64,000 bases of DNA from Tubiluchus corallicola. Lineage: Eukaryota; Animalia; Priapulida. The translations under genes were made by a program, and so were the position numbers. Below the pieces are notes generated by a model. It was not told where the DNA came from, searched no databases, and was given only the letters and a program-made list of their open reading frames with translations. How positions within the stretch are numbered: position 1 is the stretch's first letter; each line of letters opens with the position of its first letter. Positions 24,715-37,140 of the stretch are shown one piece after another. The DNA lies in contig JAQGDQ010000110.1 in assembly GCA_030141605.1 (NCBI GenBank), forward strand, positions 62,001 through 126,000, given 5' to 3'.

Positions 24715-25115
24715 TACCCCGCCCTAGGCTGATAGACGTTCTGTCTTATCCATCTTTATTGTAAATTTTTGTGTTACTTTTGTAATGAACAGATCAAATA
24801 ATTACTTGTGGTGTATTAGAAAGACTATTAACCTAGTTTCCATGTGGTCATTATCAATTACATGTATACGCGTAGTGCTTATATTCAAGCAGGCTGCGCA
24901 AGTGCTTGTTGTGTAATATCTTGTACCTGCTGGTTATGTGGCACTTATATAAAAGCAAACTCAGTAACTACCTGTGGCGTGTAAAATGCTGACTTTACAT
25001 AAATATGAACGTATACACATTTTTCGAGGAGAATAAGAATTTTTTCCAAAATGTGACGCCCCTCAAACTTTAGCGCGCCAAGCTATAGCCTACTTAGCCG
25101 ATTCGTTAATACGTA
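24715..25115. repeat. Dispersed repeat family C copy (reverse orientation)
   Basis: Reverse complement matches 29535-29960 and 10717-11145. Confidence 0.75.
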
Positions 25116-25158
25116 CATGACTACAGTGATGTTTAAATAATATTTATATATTCTTTAC

Positions 25159-25702
25159 ATGATCATATTACATGAACTTTTTATGTTTAAATACATAAAC
25201 AACATCAGCAAACCGTTCCAGAACAACAGATTTACCTTTTTTCCAAATCCTATCGTTAATTCCAGAACAAGCAATCTAAAACAAATTAGGACAAATAGCC
25301 ACTATGGAACGAACTCTGTAATCAAACAAGCAATTCTACTTTGGAATTCTCTACCATTACAGGTTAAACAAATCAAGTCCCTATCAGCATTTAAAACAAA
25401 ATTAAAATCACTAATATTAACCAAATATGAAATACCATCACACCAGTACGACAACATACACACTAATTCAGAATTCATATATCCACGACCATATTAATTA
25501 AATCATAGTTTTTTTCATTTTTTGTGCATAGTTGTAAATATGTTTGATTTTATTCGTCGTTACTTTCCATTACTGCACAGTAGTTTAGATTGCACTGACG
25601 CATTTGCCTTTAGCAGTGTAAGTTTTTATTAACTAACACTGATTGATTATCTCTGTAAAGTTTTTATCAGTGATTCTCAATGTATTTTAATGGCAAATAA
25701 AA
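25159..25702 (+). mobile_element. 5'-truncated LINE (CR1/L2-group) 3' end
   Basis: ORF fragment ...RTNSHYGTNSVIKQAILLWNSLPLQVKQIKSLSAFKTKLKSLIL... matches the typical CR1/L2 ORF2 C-terminal LWN.LP...S...FK..LK motif; followed by an AT-rich UTR ending in AATAAA. Confidence 0.75.
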
Positions 25703-25704
25703 AT

Positions 25705-25745
<41 letters not shown>

Positions 25746-26100
25746 TCAATGGTAAAAACATAAAATTGACAGTCGCCGGTAGCTAGGCCCTATGCTACAT
25801 TCCCTTAGCATTGAGAAATAATGACAATTCTGAAAACTAAGTAACTTATTAATTTAGTAACATAATTTATTTACAATTATAAGATGGTTGGAAACATGTG
25901 CATGTCACGTTTATATTATATATATAATATATTAAATATAAACGTGACATGCACATGTTTCCAACCATCTTATAATTGTAAATAAATTATGTTACTAAAT
26001 TAATAAGTTACTTAGTTTTCAGAATTGTCATTATTTCTCAATGCTAAGGGAATGTATGTCTAGCTACCGGCGACTGTCAATTTAATGTTCTTCCTATTGA
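25746..26100. repeat. Near-perfect ~350-bp palindrome (foldback MITE-like)
   Basis: Arms of ~170 bp, about 120 bp of them perfectly complementary (tacattcccttagc...gtttatatt / aatataaac...gctaagggaatgta), around a short AT-only loop. Confidence 0.92.
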
Positions 26101-26559
26101 GTGTTTAATTATACACAAACTAGCCACCCACGGACCATGGAAATAAACAAATTAGCCAGTTGTGTATACCCCTTGACAATGATGCAATGTTGAAGTTGAA
26201 AAAGTGTTGATTTAGGTCAAAACGACCAGAGTCATATAATTCAATAAGTGAAGCTGATGCAACATTACGAGTTGGTGTTGTTTGTGCGAACGGCATGGGT
26301 GGCCCGGGATTATTAGCGACCTACTCAGCCTAATACACTGTTCTTTACAGGACCATAAACTTTGACAGTTGACTATTGGGCATCGAGCGCGGCCAATTAC
26401 TCCCTTATCAGTCAACATACGCAGAGCAACTGTCTACAAAACTGTGCTAAAAAGGTCTTATTTAAGATTTCGAAATTTTGCTTCGGAGAAAATTAAGAAA
26501 TAAAATAATGCGCGGTTTGGAGTTAAGAAAAATTACATCTTTAAAATTTGTTGTCTACG

Positions 26560-27245
26560 GCGAGACTTCATTCAATTTTTCCATTTTTTTGGAAAGTTGA
26601 TTAAAAGCAAAACCGGACCCAATGTTAAACAGTAGGTCAGAACAACCCATTTTGTAAATATGTACTATTTGTAAAATATATAGGAAATGTACTATTTCTT
26701 ACAAAAATGATTTACGAAAAAGAATTATTACCACACAAATACAATTTCGCGTTCGAGCCACTAGTTCTTCGCTGTTAAATGCATTTCGCCATTCGCTAGT
26801 TAAACGGGTCCTAGCGCTTGCATTTCGGAAAGCCGTTGCACAAAAAACAAGCGCTGTACCTGTCAGTTCATATGTGTTTGTTTCTGACGAACTACACACG
26901 TTCATCAACTCACGCGTGAGCACAGCGGTAAATTTGAAATTTGAATTTTTATCTTAAAACTTGTCGAGTTTTAGTACAACACACAGAATATCTTACAGTA
27001 GCAGTGTACTTCAATCTTAGCTTTCACAAACACGTGCAACACGCCTGTGGAATATTTGTGCTGTTGAAAATGATGTTAGTTTGTGATGTCATCAATAGTT
27101 GGGCTCGCCCGCCGTTAATTAGGATTTTAATCTATTATTTAATTATCAGAACCGATTTTGCAGTATTAACCGTGTTAAAATGTATACTTTCTATCGTACA
27201 TGAAAATGGGGTAGTATATGAAAAATTATCCTGTCTTCGTTTCAG
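26560..27245. mobile_element. Dispersed repeat family B copy (possibly Kolobok-like non-autonomous element)
   Basis: Collinear reverse complement of 52611-53240, whose end reads TTAA|AGGAAGG. Confidence 0.65.
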
Positions 27246-27627
27246 TTGCATATCGTTGAGTATGTTGTCCGCTGTAGTTACTGATATCATTACAATCTCC
27301 TCAATGTGGAGCAAAGATGTGTGTGTGTGCAGCGCCCCCACTGTGTCACATGTGTAAGCACGTGAAAGAGAGAAACACTTAAATTTCTAGCCGACAATGG
27401 CACCGGGTCAAGAGTTATTTCAGAATGTTGTTTTTAAAAACACAAAAATCTTGAAAGTGCCAGGTTTTTGATAAAATGAGATGTTCTTTGATTGTAAAGG
27501 GTATCAGTTTAAACTTTGAGGCTTTTTTCAAGGCGACCTGCATCCCCCCTCCTCCGCGTGTTTGTCGCACCAACAGTTACTGAAATTACTGTTCCAGGTA
27601 CAAATGTTTTGGTCCATTACCCCTTCT

Positions 27628-27765
27628 CAAGGTAGTATATGCATTAGTAGCCACAATATATTAGACTGTAGCTCAACAAGCTAGACTACTTTTTCCCAAG
27701 GTAATATATGCATTAGAAGCCGCAATATATTAGACTGTAGTCCAACAAGCTAGACTACTTTTTCT
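27628..27765. repeat. ~69-bp tandem duplication
   Basis: caaggta(g/a)tatatgcattag..gc..caatatattagactgtag..caacaagctagactactttttc occurs twice. Confidence 0.85.
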
Positions 27766-28297
27766 ACTATGACATTGTACAGGTGGAACTTGTTATGTAC
27801 ACACGTCTCTGTTACATTTCAAATTTGACTTATAATTATACTGCTACCTTTTACTGACATTCTGGCTTTTTCTCGACTCAATATTGGACCAACAATGTAT
27901 GTATGCATTTTAGCTTTTTTAGTGTAACATAGTAATCTGTAGCACTTATTTTCTTAGCACTTATTTCAGTAGTTTTGTAGAGGTAGTAATTGTAGACTAC
28001 AGAAAATTTGTATTTTTTTGCAGAATAAACTAACATAAATATGGGAACGCAACTTTGGTTTGAACATTACAGTTACTTTATCAAGAAAATGCAATCAGCT
28101 ACCACTACCTTGTAAGAGCAACTTTGTTTTTATGTTACATTTTTTCTCTAATTTAAGACAAAAATATGAAAACGTAACGCAAAACTAAATACTAAACCGT
28201 GCAACTAAAAATCGAACAAAAGAACAGACAGACGAAGCCAAATAAGGAAATGGGAGTTTTGTCTAAATTCTACATTTGTCATTTTACACTTGAGTCA

Positions 28298-28428
28298 CAA
28301 AACAATGAAACTGATCATACTGTACCTGAGCAAAACAATGGAACTGATCATACTGTACCTGAGCAAAACAATGGAACTGATCATACTGTACCTGAGCAAA
28401 ACAATGGAACTGATCATACTGTACCTGA
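28298..28428. repeat. 33-bp minisatellite, 4 copies
   Basis: caaaacaatggaactgatcatactgtacctgag repeated. Confidence 0.95.
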
Positions 28429-29534
28429 AGTCTTTCGATTGTTACTATAGAATTTATTAGTTAATTAAGACTTTGAAGTGTTAAATGAGAAAGTTACTGT
28501 TATAACATCTTTTTACTTTTATCAACCAAATTTAGTTTAACATTTTATTAATTCTGTTGTTACACATCTGCACATGTATAGATATTTTCAAGCAGATGTT
28601 GTCATTACGTGCGTTTAGAATTGCTGAAAACTTATGCCACTGTTGATAGTTAGGTTAACGTGCGCCAGATGGCGCCACCTTGATACAACTGATTCTTGCG
28701 CTCATGAGGCGATAGCGATCCCACGTCCGAAACATGGATTAATTTTTCAATTATGATTTTTTAAAACATAGTGGTTTTATATGCAGAAAATAAGATTTAA
28801 GTTATTATGACTGAAACGGAATAATCAGCACAGGACACTGGAAACGTTTATGAGTCATAATATAGCGCAGGTATCTTTCAAAGCAGCAGATGATCAAATA
28901 CCAGGAGAAATGATAACTTGATAATTTAAAACTCACCTGCATTTACGGTTTTGGCTTCATTCATTCAATAAATTCCAATTGTCTTGCTAACGTGTCATCA
29001 AGTGTTTACCCAACTTTACAGTAGATGGAGCCACTGTCGAAAGAGAGCTATGCCCGACGTTTCCGGCACATTATTTAAATTTCACGCAACAGATGGCTCC
29101 ACTTCTTTACCGGTGAAATTGCTTTAGCTCATTCGAGAATTTTATTTTTTAGCCAAAGTTTGAGTGCTAGTAGGCAATCTAGCAATTTTCCTAGTTTATG
29201 CTTATTAGTTCCGTCGAACATCGATGGCAAAATTCATGATGATGATGACGACGACACAGCGAGCGATGATGATGATGATGGACGGCTTTATAGAGTTACT
29301 CGCAAGAGATTAACCCCCAAAAATAGGTTTTTGGGGCTATAGTCGAACCCACATCCTTGTTCAAACCTGGTTATAAAAATATTCCGTGTTTAATGTAGCT
29401 TTCATAACTTGTTATTTCTTTGGAGATTCACACCTAATTCGCATTAAAGAGGTTTGAATGAAACAAGGTGAATTGAATGAATGAAATGAATCAAAGAGGT
29501 TTTTCTAGTTTCCTAAATTTCCTTGGTGCCACAC

Positions 29535-29960
29535 GGGGGCGTATTAACCAATAGGTTAACTAGGCTATAGCCTAGGGCGACAAAGTTTGAGGGCGTCACA
29601 TTTTAGAAAAAAATCTTATTCTCCTCAGAAAATGTGTATGGCTTCAAATGCATGTAAAGGGCAAATTTTATAACACACCGCAGGCAGTTACTGAGCGCAG
29701 CTTTTATATATCAGATATTTATTAGTGGCAAAAATACGTGTAAGTGCCACATAACGAACAGGTGCAAGGTATTACACAACAAGCAGTTGCGCATAATATA
29801 AGCGCTATGCAAATACATATGATTAATAATGACCACGTAGAAACTAGGTTAACGGTGTTTTTAATACATCACAAATAATCGTTTAATCCTCTATTACATA
29901 AAAGACCATAAATTTACAATACAGATGGGCGGGACAGAAATATCAGTCCCTGGTGCCACA
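29535..29960. repeat. Dispersed repeat family C copy
   Basis: Collinear with 10717-11145. Confidence 0.75.
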
Positions 29961-31487
29961 CCAAACGTTTGCAGTTGCAAGTTCACACAGTACATCAAAT
30001 TAAAAATAGTTCTAAATGTTTAAATTCTAAGTTTCATTGTTCATTCCACCCATTCGTTCTTCATGTAATTTGTTTTCAGCGTCCGAGGCAGATGTACTTT
30101 GGTAATTGATACTATCCTCCAGCGTATCTTGTTCAGAGGTGCCCGAAGAAGCAAGTTTAATGAGTGAATGTTTTTGCCCAGGCAGCACTGTTAAGTTGCA
30201 ATAGAAAAAAACCCAATTTCTCTATTCAGTGGCTCAAAAATAGAAAAGAGTATTTTGTAAAAAAGTGCTTCATGTATTACGTATTCCGAAATGTCTAAAA
30301 TGTAAGATTATATCTTTGCGAGGGCGGCAAGATCTTTCGGACCTTGGTAGATTTGCCCCCTTTCGCTGCTTGAAAAGGAGCCCTGACAGTTGTTAAAGCT
30401 CATTGCTCCCCAAATGTAGATTGGGGACAAATGACCTTCATGTTCCGTGTTTAGAGTTCAATCAAAATGTGTCACTGTACCACTGAGCTTTGAGTAATTT
30501 TACTTCTTCACAATAGCAAAATATATTCAGACCGAGTCTGCTGCCTCGATATTCGTAAAAAGTTACTTTCCTCTTGTTTTTATTAATTTTGCAGTAACAA
30601 ACTAACAAGTAATGTAGTTGTACACTCATCAAACAGCTAATACACACAACAAGGGCATCTGTGTAAAGAGTAATATTGCCATAATGTACACATAATTCAC
30701 AATTTAAAACGGTCAGAGATGATTCGTTTTGCTTTTGCTTGTCTAGGTTTTATTTGCTCTTGCTTTTGAACGATATTCTCTGGTTTGGACGCAAACAAAC
30801 GCCACACGCGTTGCTTTTTTCACCCATCCATGCACTTTGTCATCATCAGCTCTCGCATTATTGATTCAAAGCTTCTTCCATCTGCCGTCGTCAGGTTGCA
30901 GTTTTCACAAATTCGAATCTAATCGTATTTGCCGTCCTGATAGCGCTAGTTCTTTCTGCGTCTTCCTCGCGGCGCTTGAATTTTGATTTGTTGAAACAAT
31001 TTTCCTTGGCGATCGTGAGCAGCCAATAATTTGCAGCCGGAATCGTTGACGTTGACAGAAACGTATTGACCTGTTCTCCCCGGTCCCAATGACGCAAAAC
31101 AGCACGCTTGTCGTTTGGCAGACGCGCAATTGCTTTACAAAACAGCCACTAAGGAGGAGGGCAGATTACCAGCGTAGGAGCAAAGCGGCAAAGTTTTTTA
31201 CTCTTTTCTGAAACTGAAACACGTCTTGTCAGGATGCAAGGAGCAGCGCGGCTGTCCGCTGGTTTCAGTCGCAGCCCTTTGGCTAGTTTTGAAAGTTTTC
31301 GCTAGAAAGAAATCGACTTACAAGACCTGCTTTGCAGATGCAGTCCAGCAAAGTACGCGCATGGCTTCATAGAGACGTAAATGAAGCCATTGAATTTCTA
31401 TTACTGTTAATGAATCGACGAGCTTCGCGATGAGATGCTAACAAAGAGTTTGGCACGTAAAAATCTGTAAGTGTAAAGAGAGGCAGC

Positions 31488-32394
31488 ATGAATGGTAATG
31501 AATCGTTTATGAACATGATTAATAACAGTACAGATGCCTACGCGACCACAGAAGATGTTGACGTAGCCAAAGCGGTGTTCGTGGCATTGATGTTAGCTTT
31601 GATTAATGTAGCAACCATCTTTGGTAATGTGCTGGTTTTATTCGCCGTGGGAACGAATTATAATTTACGCAGCACCACTAATTACTTCATAGTGAACTTA
31701 GCAATTGCTGATCTTTTACTGGGTACAACAGTGTTGCCATTTAGTGCAAGTCTGGAAGTGATTGACAGGTGGGTGTTTGGTCTATGGTTTTGCGACATCT
31801 GGGCTGCCATAGATGTCCTGTGTTGTACGTCGTCAATTATGTCTTTGTGCGTCATATCCGTTGACAGGTACATAGGTGTGACTAGACCTTTATCTTATTC
31901 TATGATAATGACAGAACGCAAGGCAATTTGTATTTGTGCTTTAGTGTGGATATTGTCGTTCGCGATTTCCATAGGGCCACTGATGGGATGGAATGAGCCC
32001 AATGTGGATCCGTCTATATGTGGTCCTGTGGAGAAACTGGATTACGTGCTGTTTTCCGTTTCCGGTTCGTTTTACATTCCGCTAGTCATCATTCTTCTCC
32101 TTTATTATCGAATATATAAAGAGGCGGCGAGACAGAGTAAATTTTTGTCCAGAGGGGTCAAGATGGCTTCCAGCTCAGCAGGTGAACAAAAACTGATTTT
32201 ACGCGTGCACACCGGAAAACGAAGAAATCGGGATCCGGAAACGGAACGCGAAGCAAACGGACACTCTAGGAAAGCGTCACTGGCGTGCAAATTGGCAAAA
32301 TTCAGCAAAGAGAAAAAAGCTGCAAAAACTTTGGGAATCGTTGTAGGCGTGTTTATTCTGTGCTGGTTCCCATTTTTCTTTATTCTCCCACTGG
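31488..32394 (+). CDS. ADRA1: Alpha-1 adrenergic receptor-like GPCR, coding exon 1 (TM1-TM6)
   Basis: GNVLVL (TM1), NLAIADLL (TM2), WAAIDVLCCTSSIMSLCVISVDRYIGV (TM3 with Asp3.32 and DRY), YVLFSVSGSFYIPL (TM5 serines) and KFSKEKKAAKTLGIVVGVFILCWFPFFFILPLG (TM6) closely match vertebrate ADRA1. Ends at CTGG|gtaagt, the TM6 intron position known in ADRA1 genes. The ORF-track extension to 32531 is intron read-through. Confidence 0.9.
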
Positions 32395-32432
32395 GTAAGT
32401 CAGATTGTATTACTATTTGCCCAAAGGTAAAT

Positions 32433-35080
32433 AATCAACGTCTTTCAAAATGTATGAGCACAAGAAATCTTTGTCGATTCAATGGTGATGTTGTTATTGC
32501 AGTTGTAACTGTTTCAAAAGTTATAATTTAGATAATACCTATAGAAATAAAAATTAGAGTATTCGCTTACCGGTCAATGTTAAGAGATGCCAAATTTGGT
32601 CAGTAACTGGATGGATGGCCAAATCAACGTCTTTCAAAATGTATAAGCACGAGAAATCTTTGAAGAATCAATGGTGATGCTGTTATTGCAGTTGTAACTG
32701 TTTCGAAAGTTATAATTTAGATAATACCTATACAAATAAAAATTAGAGCATTCGCTTACCGTTCAATGTTAAGAGATGCCAAATTTGGTCAGTAACTGGA
32801 TGGATGGCCAAATCAACGTCTTTCAAAATGTATAAGCACGAGAAATCTTTGAGGAATCAATGGTGATGTTGTTATTGCAGTTGTAACTGTTTCGAAAGTT
32901 ATAATTTAGATAATACCTATAGAAATAAAAATTAGAGCATTCGCTTACCGTTCAATGTTAAGAGATGCCAAATTTGGTCAGTAACTGGATGGATGGCCAA
33001 ATCAACGTCTTTCAAAATGTATAAGCACGAGAAATCTTTGAGAAATCAATGGTGATGTTGTTATTGCAGTTGTAACTGTTTCGAAAGTTATAATTTAGAT
33101 AATACCTATAGAAATAAAAATTAGAGCATTCGCTTACCGTTCAATGTTAAGAGATGCCAAATTTGGTCAGTAACTGGATGGATGGCCAAATCAACGTCTT
33201 TCAAAATGTATAAGCACGAGAAATCTTTGAAGAATCAATGGTGATGCTGTTATTGCAGTTGTAACTGTTTCAAAAGTTATAATATAGATAATACATATAG
33301 AAATAAAAATTAGAGCATTCGCTTACCGTTCAATGTTAAGAGATGCCAAATTTGGTCAGTAACTGGATGGATGGCCAAATCAACGTCTTTCAAAATGTAT
33401 AAGCACGAGAAATCTTTGAGGAATCAATGGTGATGCTGTTATTGCAGTTGTAACTGTTTCGAAAGTTATAATTTAGATAATACCTATAGAAATAAAAATT
33501 AGAGCATTCGCTTACCGTTCAATGTTAAGAGATGCCAAATTTGGTCAGTAACTGGATGGATGGCCAAATCAACGTCTTTCAAAATGTATAAGCACGAGAA
33601 ATCTTTGAAGAATCAATGGTGATGCTGTTATTGCAGTTGTAACTGTTTCGAAAGTTATAATTTAGATAATACCTACACAAATAAAAATTAGAGCATTCGC
33701 TTACCGTTCAATGTTAAGAGATGCCAAATTTGGTCAGTAACTGGATGGATGGCCAAATCAACGTCTTTCAAAATGTATAAGCACGAGAAATCTTTGAGGA
33801 ATCAATGGTGATGTTGTTATTGCAGTTCTAACTGTTTCAAAAGTTATAATTTAGATAATACCTATAGAAATAAAAATTAGAGTAGTGACATTACCGTTCA
33901 ATGTTAAGAGATGCCAAATTTGGTCAGTAACTGGATGGATGGCCAAATCAACGTCTTTCAAAATGTATAAGCACGAGAAATCTTTGAGGAATCAATGGTG
34001 ATGTTGTTATTGCAGTTGTAACTGTTTCGAAAGTTATAATATAGATAATATCTATAGAAATCAAAATTGGAGTATTCGCTTACCGGTCAATGTTTAGAGA
34101 TGCCAAATTTGGTCAGTAACTGGATGGATGGCCAAATCAACGTCTTTCAAAATGTATAAGCACGAGAAATCTTTGAAGAATCAATGGTGATGCTGTTATT
34201 GCAGTTGTAACTGTTTCGAAAGTTATAATTTAGATAATACCTACACAAATAAAAATTAGAGCATTCGCTTACCGTTCAATGTTAAGAGATGCCAAATTTG
34301 GTCAGTAACTGGATGGATGGCCAAATCAACGTCTTTCAAAATGTATAAGCACGAGAAATCTTTGAAGAATCAATGGTGATGCTGTTATTGCAGTTGTAAC
34401 TGTTTCGAAAGTTATAATTTAGATAATACCTATAGAAATAAAAATTAGAGCATTCACTTACCGTTCAATGTTAAGAGATGCCAAATTTGGTCAGTAACTG
34501 GATGGATGGCCAAATCAACGTCTTTCAAAATGTATAAGCACGAGAAATCTTTGAAGAATCAATGGTGATGCTGTTATTGCAGTTGTAACTGTTTCAAAAG
34601 TTATAATTTAGATAATACATATAGAAATAAAAATTAGAGTAGTGACCTTACCGGTCAATGTTAAGAGATGCCAAATTTAGTCAGTAACTGGATGGACGGC
34701 CAAATCAACGTTTTTCAAAATGTATAAGCACAAGAAATCTTTGAAGAATCAATGGTGATGCTGTTATTGCAGTTGTAACTGTTTCAAAAGTTATAATTTA
34801 GATAATACCTATAGAAATAAAAATTAGAGCATTCGCTTACCGTTCAATGTTAAGAGATGCCAAATTTGGTCAGTAACTGGATGGATGGCCAAATCAACGT
34901 CTTTCAAAATGTATAAGCACGAGAAATCTTTGAAGAATCAATGGTGATGCTGTTATTGCAGTTGTAACTGTTTCGAAAGTTATAATATAGATAATACATA
35001 TAGAAATAAAAATTGGAGTATTCGCTTACCGTTCAATGTTAAGAGATGCCAAATTTGGTCAGTAACTGGATGCATGGCCA
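32433..35080. repeat. 189-bp tandem array, 14 copies, starting 38 nt into the ADRA1 intron; contains a 5S-derived segment
   Basis: tcaacgtctttcaaaatg at 32435, 32624, 32813, 33002...; each unit ends gttaagagatgccaaatttggtcagtaactggatggatggcca. Confidence 0.97.
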
Positions 35081-35299
35081 CCTACAAAGCTGGCTCTAGG
35101 CGGTTATATTTTCTGTGCTGACCTTACCTATTTATTTAATTGTGAGGGTAATTTACCCTTGCTGAAGACAACTTTGCTAATTCATCGTCTTTCTTACAGG
35201 GTTATTCTTGATACTGAGCGAGGTCTGTTGTTGTCATATACGTTATACACTAATTAATCCCAGTTTACCGAGACCAAACTGTACAAGAAATCTTTGTTG

Positions 35300-35507
35300 T
35301 CGTCGTCGTCATCATCATAAGCATCATCATCATCATGATCATCACCATCATAACCACGGCCAGGATCACCACCACCATCATCACCACTACCACTACCATC
35401 ACCACCACCTCCGGCACCACTACTACTATCATCATCATCATCATCACCACCAACTTCACCGTCAACACTACCACTCCACCACTGTCACCACCACCATTAT
35501 CATCATT

Positions 35508-35569
<62 letters not shown>

Positions 35570-35680
35570 AATCATCACCAACTTCACCATCAACACTACC
35601 ACTCCACCACTTCCACCACCACCATCATCATCATCACCACCACCACCACCACCACCACCACCACCACCACCACCACTATC
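35300..35680. repeat. Compound (CAT)n/(CAC)n microsatellite
   Basis: Direct reading. Confidence 0.95.
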
Positions 35681-36399
35681 AGAGGAACTCACCTAAGCAA
35701 CTTAAAAATTGCACGCCAAAATGTGAGTAAATAATTTGATCGATTAATGGACGGCCATCAGTGGTGGTTCAAGGTCACGAAAATTTACGTGCTTCTAATG
35801 ATAAGAAAAGACGACCAGTGGAAGCCTTTAAGAACTGGAGAGGAGGTCCCCGCGAGTGCTCAGTCTAAACGCGCTGTGTTGGTTTCTAAGGAAACCCAGT
35901 GAAAGTGCAAAAACGCTCTCAGAGAACGGTCGAACAACAGCCAGAGGAATTTCTGAAATACACGCGAAAGTCTTCTTTGTGTATCCTGCTGTTTCATTAT
36001 GACAGCCAGGATGTATGTTCGCGCGTCCAGCCTATATTTAGTATTGTCATTAGTTGACGATTATTCAGCATATCTCACAATCAATGGCAATTGTAACATT
36101 ATATTATGTTCCTACGAGTGTTTGCCAACCTGCGTGCTGCGAAGCACTGAATGAAGTCTAATTGACTGCGCTCGCGTTTAGCCAAAGTAATTTTGTCCGA
36201 ACAGACCAATCTCCACGGCTTCATGCATCTTTGACTTCGTGATTTAATTCGTCTGTGATAAACATTGCATGAAGCCTGTTTTTATTTTTATATTAAACAG
36301 TGGGCTTGTAAATATTATATTAAAAATACAAAAAGGGAAAATGAGTTTATAAAATTCTCGAGGTGTTTAAATGTTAAATTAATAAAAACCGTTGTGACA

Positions 36400-36571
36400 T
36401 GTAGTAGTAGTAGTAGCAGTGGTGGTCTTGGTGGCGGTGGTGGTGGTGGTGGGGTTAGTATTTGTGATGTTGGTGTTAGTGTTGGTGTTGGTAGTGGTGG
36501 TGATGTGGTGGTAATAGTGGTTGTAGTGGTAGTAGTAGTAGTCGTTGTACTACTACTACTACTACTACTAC

Positions 36572-36651
<80 letters not shown>

Positions 36652-36901
36652 ATAGTGGTAGTGGTAGTGGTAGTGGTAGTGGTAGTGGTAGTGGTAGTGG
36701 TAGTGGTAGTGGTAATGGTAATGGTAGTGGTAGTAGTAGTAGTAGTAGTAATAGTAGCAACAGTAGCAACAGCAGCAGCAGCAGCAGTAGATATATTCCC
36801 CTTAATAAATTACACATTAATTGATACCAGTATGCCGAGACCAAACTGTACAAGAAATCTTTGTTGTCGTTGATATCATCGTCGTTATCATCGTCGTCGT
36901 T

Positions 36902-36956
<55 letters not shown>

Positions 36957-37140
36957 CCACCAACAACAACAACTCCACCGCCACCACCACGACTCCATCA
37001 CTACCACCACCACCACCATCATAATCATCATCGTCATCACCATCATAACCACGACCACGACCACCACCACCACCACCACCACCACCACCACCACCACCAC
37101 CACCACCACCACCACCACCACCTACGGCAGTTACTACTAT
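36400..37140. repeat. Compound (GTA)n/(GTG)n then (CAT)n/(CAC)n microsatellites
   Basis: Direct reading; the second half is preceded by the same ccgagaccaaactgtacaagaaatctttgttgtcgt leader as 35268. Confidence 0.95.

Noticed and set aside
31240-31270. RE1/NRSE-like half site (CGGACAGC, minus strand) upstream of the receptor
   Set aside because: Only the right half matches; not distinguishable from chance.
32395-32531. C-terminal 45 aa of the 347-aa GPCR ORF as TM7
   Set aside because: Follows a perfect GTAAGT donor, runs into the 189-bp repeat and lacks NPxxY.
32433-35080. Tandem arrays (82, 189, 33 and 30 bp) as CRISPR arrays
   Set aside because: No unique spacers, no cas genes, and a spliced eukaryotic context.
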